DNA of 64,000 nucleotides from an uncultured candidate division Zixibacteria bacterium (GTDB taxonomy: Bacteria > Zixibacteria > MSB-5A5 > GN15 > FEB-12), in assembly GCA_963735035.1 (NCBI GenBank), contig CAVTJJ010000003.1:736001-800000 (forward strand), read 5' to 3'. A model generated the notes under the pieces. It did no database searches. It saw nothing but the letters and a program-made list of their open reading frames with translations, and was not told the origin of the DNA. Each line of letters begins with the position of its first letter. The stretch's first letter is position 1. Position numbers and translations under genes: made by a program. Below are positions 42,786-49,971 of this stretch, in pieces.

Positions 42786-43342
42786 GGAAGTTTCTCCAGG
42801 CTGATCCGGAGATCCGGCGAAAGCAATTCAAGTTTGCGAGGTGGCCGCAACGAAGACCAGACGAAACACTCGCCACAACCAACCGGCAGTTTGCGGCGTC
42901 CCGCCTGAAGAACGAACCGGCTGGTGATGGCGCCGTTTTCATAAACTCGGATCGCCAGGTCCCAGCCCTCCAGTTGCCGGTTGGCCACGAATTCTATTTC
43001 AAATGGTGCCACCGCAAAACGAACTCGTCGTTCCACCCCGAAGGCAGCCTGACGGACAGCCAGCGCCGGACGACTGATCCAGGTATCGAAGACTCGTGAG
43101 GCCGTCACTGAACGGGCGGGCCGACGAGAGCCCACCAGCAACGGGATGGCTTTGTGGCGCCGCAATAACTCACTCGGCAGTTTCGATTCGAGTTGCCCTG
43201 ATTCAGCCCCAAGCCATTTCAGAACGTCAAAAAGTGAGCGACATGAATTGCAGCTTTGGAGGTGTTCGGCGAACGGCACTTGACCCGTACGTGCTGCCAT
43301 AATCAAATCTTCTCTTTCCGGATGGTCATTGTTTGGCTTCAT
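42779..43342 (-). CDS. Soluble zinc-finger (HxxxCxxC) anti-sigma-like protein (copy 1)
   Basis: EHLQSCNSC; no TM segment; lies between the ECF sigma and CHAT genes; paralog at 49384. Confidence 0.7.
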   Translation of the reverse strand: MKPNNDHPEREDLIMAARTGQVPFAEHLQSCNSCRSLFDVLKWLGAESGQLESKLPSELLRRHKAIPLLVGSRRPARSVTASRVFDTWISRPALAVRQAAFGVERRVRFAVAPFEIEFVANRQLEGWDLAIRVYENGAITSRFVLQAGRRKLPVGCGECFVWSSLRPPRKLELLSPDLRISLEKLPW

Positions 43343-43424
43343 GTGGTTCCGTCATCCAGGACAATCGGAGAACAAACGTTCCTACGTAACGACTGCGTCA
43401 CCGACTTGCCCGTCTTGTGTGTAT

Positions 43425-43451
43425 AGTTCCAACCGTCATGAATCTTCGTAC
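43425..43451 (-). promoter_or_regulatory. Candidate sigma-1 promoter GTACGA-N14-TGGAACT overlapping the sigma-1 stop
   Basis: Same two boxes and identical spacing recur at 44162-44188 (+). Confidence 0.5.
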
Positions 43452-43999
43452 CAGTTTTCTCCCATTTCTTTCAGAATCTTCCGCAATTTGGATAGACATC
43501 GCTGTCGCATCGGACCGATGCTATTAGTGGGGATGTTGAAACGCCGGGCGATTTCTCCATAAGATTGTTCACCAGGCGAGAAGAACAGCGCCGTCAGTAG
43601 ATCGCGGCAACCGGCATCCATCTGTGCCAGCGCCTTATCCAGCAAGGCGCGTCGCTGCAGGAGGATCACCTGCTGATCGGGTGGTAGTGGGTGGGGAGTA
43701 TGTGGGGCTTTGCTCTCCACGCGCTGAGTGCTCGCCTGCTTGCGAAGGATTCGCATGGCCCGGCGATAAGCGGTCCCGGACAACCAGCCGGGCAACTTCT
43801 GCCAATCATGAATTCGGTGACGCGAAACATAGAGGGCTACCCAGGTTTGCTGGGCGCAGTCTTCGGCATCGTGGTCATCCAATCCGTAGCGACGTGCTAC
43901 CGAGTAGACCAGAGTCGCATAGAGATCGACTAATTCCTCCCACGCGGCATGATCACCGGCCAGTACGCGTAACCATATGTCTCTTAGCTCGGTAGGCAT
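43436..43999 (-). CDS. ECF sigma-70 factor (copy 1; start ATG 43999, TTG 44026 possible)
   Basis: GDHAAWEELV..Y...VY, DAEDCAQQTW and LPGWL region 2; SYGEIARRFNIPTNSIGPMRQRCLSKLR region 4. Confidence 0.92.
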   Translation of the reverse strand: MPTELRDIWLRVLAGDHAAWEELVDLYATLVYSVARRYGLDDHDAEDCAQQTWVALYVSRHRIHDWQKLPGWLSGTAYRRAMRILRKQASTQRVESKAPHTPHPLPPDQQVILLQRRALLDKALAQMDAGCRDLLTALFFSPGEQSYGEIARRFNIPTNSIGPMRQRCLSKLRKILKEMGENWYEDS

Positions 44000-44161
44000 A
44001 GACGGAGTAAATGGCCCGACCGCCAATTTCGGTGGCTTTCCGAAAATCGTGGTTCGCCCGTGGCCTGATGGGTTCCTGTCTAAATTCAGCGCTTCTTACC
44101 AAAAATACGGTCCCCTAATTTTTATCCAACACATTTATCCAACAATATGTCGCGCTACGAT

Positions 44162-44188
44162 GTACGAGAATGCCGCTGAGGTGGAACT
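44162..44188 (+). promoter_or_regulatory. Second copy of the candidate sigma-1 promoter
   Basis: GTACGAgaatgccgctgaggTGGAACT. Confidence 0.45.
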
Positions 44189-44394
44189 GGGCGCGTCGAG
44201 GGGGGAGCAGCCGGTATCTCCTACGGTACCATTCAACAATTACCGCAGGTGGTTCTGCCCCGCTCTGTGGGTGAGATTCAACATGGATACCAAGTCACAA
44301 GATGTGTGCACACGTCGTCAAATGTGATTGCCCTTCGATCCCAGATTCGTCCAACTTGAGGGAAGCAACATATCATGTCAGGAGGTTGGAACCG

Positions 44395-44646
44395 ATGGGT
44401 CAACGCAAGAATCAAGTTCCGGGGTTGCACCCGGTGACGGTGTTTCCTTACTACAAGATTCAGGTTTGGAACGTTCGAGTGGGAGCCTGGCAGGACATTC
44501 AGAAGAAGTTCGATTCGTTGGACTCCTTAGGTGCATATGCCATGGCTAAGCTGTCTTGGAGTGAAACCACAAGAATCGTGACTGTCAAGAGCGAAGGGCA
44601 ACGAATGATCGACAAACTATTTGATGCTTTCGGTGAGCCGCGTTAG
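44395..44646 (+). CDS. Small hypothetical protein (83 aa)
   Basis: AGGAGG SD at 44380-44385 before ATG 44395; plausible composition; no recognised motif. Confidence 0.5.
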   Translation: MGQRKNQVPGLHPVTVFPYYKIQVWNVRVGAWQDIQKKFDSLDSLGAYAMAKLSWSETTRIVTVKSEGQRMIDKLFDAFGEPR

Positions 44647-44781
44647 ACGGGCGAGCGGAAGACTGTGGGGAAGGCGCAACCTGGACTCTGACAATCAAAT
44701 CTGGGTCTGAAAGACGAATTTCACAACCGTGACTTGGCAACATGCGCCTTGTTGCGAATGCAAAGAGCGTGAAGCTTTGTA

Positions 44782-46074
44782 TCATAACAGGGCATGAGAC
44801 TTTCCGATCTCCTTTGTCTGCTTCTCACCAACTCCGGCCTTCTTGGCGTAGCTTGACCAATTGCCGACAATGTCAACGATGCTATCTATAATCGAATTGG
44901 GGCTGTTGATACTTGCTTTCTTTGCCACTTCACTAAGGTCTGATCTCGATACTTGATCGTAATTACTGTTTATAGTCATCTGGTGAGATTTCGTCCATAC
45001 CGCTTCCGGATTATAAGCATAGGTGACATCGTAGGCGGGTGATAGCCTCCAATGTCCATCCCTGTCCATCAGGAACGATATGTTCTTGGTGTGGTCGTCC
45101 TGATTTCTTGCGATGACATTGAAACACATTCTCCTGAACAGTTCTTCCGAGGTCGGATAATGAAGACCGAGTGTTCTCATAACCTGAAAGGCCTGCTCAT
45201 AGGAATAGGCGTGAGGCTTATTGTAGTCGTAATGCGCCATCCCACACAATGATAGCATGTGGAGTTTTTCATTGTCTTGCCGATCAAATCTCCTTGTCAT
45301 GAAGTGAGCGCGACCTCCTTCAAGCTTCAACTCACAATCGGTCATTTCAATGCCACAGTCTCGGGCCATCAGATAGTAGGCGTATTCTATCCTGCCATAC
45401 CCCTTAGGATCTCCAAGTAGCCGATTTGTTACGCCATCGAGCTTTATTATCCAATACTCATACCCATCTAGATCATCGATCTGACCCGATCGTATGTCCC
45501 CAGTCTGCTGGTTGTAGGCAACGATCGCTTTGGCTCGTGCCCCTCCCGCGGAGGTACCCACTCTGATTATCTCACGCATGCCTTGCTCATCAAGGTGATC
45601 AAGATCCGCACGAAGATCTGCTCGTTCTAACAAGACGTTAGCTGCCAGTCTTACAAGTTTCTCGATTTCAAGTACCGTTCCCGTGCCACCAATATCCCCT
45701 TGGGGCGGATGATACTCTAGAGCTCCCATTCCTCTTGTCCCGGTGTAACATAACCGCTCTACAGGATTAACCGATTCTAATGTTCGATTCTGCTCAGAAA
45801 GCCATCGATCCAACAACGCTGTACCGAATCTATCTGGAAGGCTATCTGATAGTAGGCCTGGCAGCCCCATAAAGGTCTTGGGATCCAATTCAGGGAAACT
45901 GTAAATTCGTCTTCCAGATCGAGCCTCACTTAGCGACATTCTGATTGGTGATATATCCAGATCCTTTTGAAGAAAGGCCTTGTCATATTCAAAAGTGGCC
46001 AGTTTTCTTGATTCATTCCATGAGACTGCACCAACCATAGTTCCCCAGATCTTCACCTCTGCAACAACAGTCAC
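44782..46074 (-). CDS. hipA: HipA family Ser/Thr kinase toxin
   Basis: DSLPDRFG N-domain, GTSAGGARAK P-loop, RRFDR, NQDDHTKN catalytic loop, LSPAYD. Confidence 0.93.
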   Translation of the reverse strand: MTVVAEVKIWGTMVGAVSWNESRKLATFEYDKAFLQKDLDISPIRMSLSEARSGRRIYSFPELDPKTFMGLPGLLSDSLPDRFGTALLDRWLSEQNRTLESVNPVERLCYTGTRGMGALEYHPPQGDIGGTGTVLEIEKLVRLAANVLLERADLRADLDHLDEQGMREIIRVGTSAGGARAKAIVAYNQQTGDIRSGQIDDLDGYEYWIIKLDGVTNRLLGDPKGYGRIEYAYYLMARDCGIEMTDCELKLEGGRAHFMTRRFDRQDNEKLHMLSLCGMAHYDYNKPHAYSYEQAFQVMRTLGLHYPTSEELFRRMCFNVIARNQDDHTKNISFLMDRDGHWRLSPAYDVTYAYNPEAVWTKSHQMTINSNYDQVSRSDLSEVAKKASINSPNSIIDSIVDIVGNWSSYAKKAGVGEKQTKEIGKSHALL

Positions 46075-46427
46075 TTGGCGCCCCCATTACTCTTTTTGCG
46101 TGAAAGCCGCGATCCCGATGCTCGTTGTCGTCGGTTCCTTTTGAGTTTCAGCAATTGAATCGGGCTAATTTCAGCCTCTTCGGAGAACGTGTTCAGAATG
46201 TCAAGCTTGTCCAAGGCCCTCAAAATCTGTACCAGGGTCAATAGGGTGTAAGCCTGCCCCCTCTCCAATCGACTGACCGTAACTCTGTTCACACCTGACA
46301 TTTGGGCCAACTGCTCCTGGGTCATATTGCGATTTAGTCGCATTCGTTGTATGAACTGGCCGATTTCGATGACAACCGCTGGGTCCGACATGGACCGCCA
46401 GTCTGTTTTGTCGCGAGTTAGCGTCAT
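46071..46427 (-). CDS. Xre-family HTH antitoxin (HipB-like; start ATG 46427)
   Basis: RLNRNMTQEQLAQMSGVNRVTVSRLERG; stop overlaps the hipA start (GTGA). Confidence 0.88.
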   Translation of the reverse strand: MTLTRDKTDWRSMSDPAVVIEIGQFIQRMRLNRNMTQEQLAQMSGVNRVTVSRLERGQAYTLLTLVQILRALDKLDILNTFSEEAEISPIQLLKLKRNRRQRASGSRLSRKKSNGGAK

Positions 46428-47010
46428 TATGTCCTCAAGACTGAGTTTATGTAACATTTGAGCTACTGTAAGTCTATATACGTTGTCGGAAAATGTCAAC
46501 AGCTAATTAATAATATGAGCTTCAAAAGATCCAATTTATGATAATATTGTAGCTTATATACTACATTACAACGGCACCATTCTCAATATATCCACATGAA
46601 ACAACTCGAGACTGGGCCAGACAGAAGTGCAACTGAAACAAGTGCAGTACTGCCCTCCCCGAAGAACATCCCCACTTGTTACAAACAATAATCAGAGTCG
46701 TGCTCGGAAAAGAGACTCTGAAGATTTCAATTTATTCACTCGGAGACTCGAGAGAGTCATAGGAATATCTTCTGAAGCACCCGGAGCCTGCTGAGGCGCT
46801 AATAAGCGGGGTCTACGAGACGCATTCCGCAACTGGATAGTCGATCATGCGGCATGAGAATGTCCCCTTGACTGGCGACGCCGGGGATTTTGAAGTGCTA
46901 ATCTGGCACCTACCTGGATGTCCGAAAGATCACCGCCTTCCAGAAATAGGCCTTCACGACATTTGGCGATTGATGTTTGTCTGACGGAAATGGCCTACGG
47001 GACCAGGGCA

Positions 47011-47040
47011 TAAAGAAAAGGCCGGGCACCTGCCCGGCCT
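47011..47040 (-). terminator. Intrinsic terminator-like hairpin
   Basis: Minus strand AGGCCGGGCA-GG-TGCCCGGCCT followed by TTTCTTTA. Confidence 0.6.
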
Positions 47041-47252
47041 CCGCTGTGTAGCACCCACAGCCGGGGAACCTGATACATTCGTGCCAGCCGTTGACACAGC
47101 CGCGCAGGTTTCCCTATTCGTACCCACTTCTTGACCATCAGAGATGGCGGATCCCGAAAACCGTTCACCCCGGTGCAAAAAAATTGTGTGTGAGACCTCT
47201 CTTCAAAGGTGCGCTAAATCAGGCCGCACGCCTCCCGCAGGATCATCCAACG

Positions 47253-47283
47253 GAAAAGCCCGCCTCCAGAGAAGCGGGCTTTC
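47253..47283 (-). terminator. Intrinsic terminator downstream of the caspase gene
   Basis: aaagcccgc / gcgggcttt stem, about 25 bp after the caspase stop. Confidence 0.6.
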
Positions 47284-47308
47284 TTCATGCAGTTGGCGGA
47301 TGAGGGAA

Positions 47309-48199
47309 TCAGATATCTAAGTCACCGGTGTACATATCAGTATGTTTCGGATCCACCTTCAGCTTGGACGCTGCCGCCCAGAGCTTCATGTTTACCTCAG
47401 CGTACGTGGATATTTCTTCGTTATAGATCAGTCCCTGGTTCTGGGCGGCGTACAGGAAATAGTAGGTCCAGGCGCCGTTCTGCAGGTCGGGAGCGTCATA
47501 AGAGTACTTTGATGTCGACGCCGTGGAGAGCACAGTGCCGGTCATGCAGTCAGCGTGGAAATCGCCGATCACACAGGCGTCGAGATTGATGGTCTTCTTG
47601 GTGCAGTTGGCGGAATTGAGATACCCCATTACATACGAATGAGTCAGGTAAAACAGGTCGCGTGAAATGATGCTCGATCCGCCAGACGGACGGACTTTAG
47701 TGCCGTGCCCAGAGTAGAAGAAGGCAATCTCGTCACCCGGAGCCGCCGCATCCCGCAACCAGATCAGGCCGGCCTGAATGTTGGCCGCCGAGGCGCTATA
47801 ATCTACGTCGCTGCGAATCGTGAATCCCTCAGCAGTCAGGTATTCAATGACATCGCGGGCGTCGTCGTCGCAGTAACTCAGGTCGTTGGCCGTGCCGTCG
47901 TAGTCGGAAATCCCGATGATATAGGCATACTTGTGAGCCGGGCTCGGATTGGGATCGATGGCCAGGCCGCCCGGATCAGTCAGCCGGTCATTCGTCTCTA
48001 CGGCAGTGCCAAACTTGGTGTAGGCGAGTTGCACCGCTTCGGGGCGGGTGTCGATGAACTCAGGCCGCTGAACCAGGGTACCTGAGTTGGTCTGGTTTCC
48101 ACCGGGGCCGGTCACCGTCGGCTCTTGTGAGCACCCAAAGAGAGCCGTGAGGACACAGCACAGGCTAAGCAATATTAATAGCCTTTTCATGTAAGACAT
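47309..48199 (-). CDS. Caspase-family (C14) peptidase with lipoprotein signal
   Basis: Lipobox LFGC; YAYIIGISDY, LSYCDDDA, FFYSGHG (His), LDAC (Cys) and NGAWTY. Confidence 0.9.
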   Translation of the reverse strand: MSYMKRLLILLSLCCVLTALFGCSQEPTVTGPGGNQTNSGTLVQRPEFIDTRPEAVQLAYTKFGTAVETNDRLTDPGGLAIDPNPSPAHKYAYIIGISDYDGTANDLSYCDDDARDVIEYLTAEGFTIRSDVDYSASAANIQAGLIWLRDAAAPGDEIAFFYSGHGTKVRPSGGSSIISRDLFYLTHSYVMGYLNSANCTKKTINLDACVIGDFHADCMTGTVLSTASTSKYSYDAPDLQNGAWTYYFLYAAQNQGLIYNEEISTYAEVNMKLWAAASKLKVDPKHTDMYTGDLDI

Positions 48200-48790
48200 C
48201 TCCTATCGGTTTATGTTAGTAAACGATCAAAGAGGGAGTTCACCCCGATACCGAACGCTGACGACCTCCTGTCCCAGAGGACGTACCGGCTTGGTTATTT
48301 TCATCTTCCGGCACTCCTCAAAGGCGGTCGAGAACCGGAACATGATGCTGTGGGTGCACTGTAAGTATAAGCTATATCAAACAAGACTGTCCACTCTTTT
48401 TTATCGTCACAGATTAGGGCTTCCGGACCAAAGGGGAAGCTTACGTGCGTACTACTGCTATTGCAGGCACGATGACAAGTCGGAAGAGAAGACCGACGGC
48501 ATGGCAGGAAGACTTGGTTGAGATATGCCCGATGCTGACCACCGTGGGCAATTCGACGACCAACTTCTACCAGCTGGCGCCTTGGAGTTGCTGCCCACTC
48601 GAAGGCTGAGATCATCTTACAACCGATTGTAGGTCATGCGGATTGCCTCCCCGATTGCTCCTGCGAACAGCTGCAGCGAATCACCTGACTTCAATTGTCC
48701 TTCCAAGAAGTCGAAAAGGACATTATAATCCAGATTAGACGGGTCAGGCCCATCCGGCCAGGATCCGTGGGCTTAGGCAAATGGATTGCA

Positions 48791-49387
48791 ATGACTTCTA
48801 AAGAGATGAGTCGCACCGATACCGAGTTGTGGCACGCCATCCTGGCCGGCGAACCAGCAGCGTGGAAGGAGCTGGTCGTCCGTTATCGGTCTCTCGTCTA
48901 TGCCACGTGCACCTACCTTGGCCTCTCTCAATCTGAGGCCGGGGATGCCTTCCAACAGACCTGGCTTCTTCTCTTTCAGAAACGGGGGCAGATTCGTGAC
49001 CCCCAACGGCTATCGGCCTGGCTCGTAACCACCGCCAGGCGTGAGGCCCTTAGGTTGAAGAACCGCTCCGATGCCGTATCACTTGACTCAGCGGCGGCAG
49101 AAATCCCCAACCTGGAACCAGGCCCGGAGCAGGAGCTTCTGTTGATCGAACGGCAGGCTGTGATAGAAACTGCTATCGAGCAACTCGACAACCCCTGCCG
49201 GGAACTAGTGCGTGCCTTCTTTTTCGCACCCGCCGACCTTTCCTACGAGGACATCGCCCGTCAACTCGGGTATTCCCCCAACACCCTTGGAGCCAAACGA
49301 CAACGATGTCTGGCCCGGCTCAGAAGAATCCTCGAGAAACTTGGCTTTCTGGATGAACGAAAATCGGAAAAGGAACCTCTGCTATGA
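48791..49387 (+). CDS. ECF sigma-70 factor (copy 2; start ATG 48791 or 48806)
   Basis: GEPAAWKELV.RY..LVY, DAFQQTW and LSAWLVTTARRE; SYEDIARQLG...LGAKRQRCLARLR. Confidence 0.92.
   Translation: MTSKEMSRTDTELWHAILAGEPAAWKELVVRYRSLVYATCTYLGLSQSEAGDAFQQTWLLLFQKRGQIRDPQRLSAWLVTTARREALRLKNRSDAVSLDSAAAEIPNLEPGPEQELLLIERQAVIETAIEQLDNPCRELVRAFFFAPADLSYEDIARQLGYSPNTLGAKRQRCLARLRRILEKLGFLDERKSEKEPLL
49354..49381 (+). promoter_or_regulatory. Candidate sigma-2 promoter TGAACGAAAATC-N11-CTCTG at the end of the sigma-2 gene
   Basis: Identical 12-mer and CTCTG recur at 54217-54245. Confidence 0.55.
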
Positions 49388-49971
49388 CGAAGCAAAGGAG
49401 GTCTGGTACGGAAAGACATTTGACACGCAAGGAACTGCTCTCGGCTGCCAGGGACGAACAGGTGCCGACCGATCATCTCAGCCAGTGCGCCGAGTGTCGG
49501 GAGTCGGTGTCGCTCCTCAGATCGTTCCAGATGGCTGGCCGAACGCCTTTACCCGAGCCGCCGCTGGCATGGATCGAGCGAGCGGCGAAGATCCCGGAAA
49601 GTTCATGGCGCTCCCGGATTCTGGCTCAAGTAAAGGGTGTCATCACATTCGATTCCTGGCTTCAACCGTACCCGGTTGGAGTGCGCGGCCAGGCCAGCTC
49701 CAATGAACGGCGAGTCTGCTGTGAAGCTGGTCCCTATCTTGTTGATCTTCGAGCCGAGAAACACGTCGACGGCTGGAGAATGGTGGCTCAACTCTCCGGC
49801 GAAAACGCCGAGACGGCCAGATTGATTGACGGCGCTCAAATTGTCCCGGCCGACCCCGACGCAATATTTCAATGGTCAGCGACACACCCCCCGTCGGCCC
49901 TGTCAATCCAGGTCGGCGAGAAATGCATCCTGTTCCCTAAATTGTCATGGAAACGTCCTCGCAAAACATAG
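49384..49971 (+). CDS. Soluble zinc-finger (HxxxCxxC) anti-sigma-like protein (copy 2)
   Basis: DHLSQCAEC; shares FD(S/T)W..P...VR....ERRV and W..(S/A)...P..L with copy 1. Confidence 0.7.
   Translation: MTKQRRSGTERHLTRKELLSAARDEQVPTDHLSQCAECRESVSLLRSFQMAGRTPLPEPPLAWIERAAKIPESSWRSRILAQVKGVITFDSWLQPYPVGVRGQASSNERRVCCEAGPYLVDLRAEKHVDGWRMVAQLSGENAETARLIDGAQIVPADPDAIFQWSATHPPSALSIQVGEKCILFPKLSWKRPRKT

Noticed and set aside
47173..47202. GCAAAAAAATT-N11-CTCT as a third sigma-2 promoter
   Set aside because: The upstream box lacks AACG and the site points antisense into the caspase terminator
48213..48615. Short ORFs between the caspase and sigma-2 genes
   Set aside because: No SD, motifs or protein-like composition; probably divergent promoter DNA
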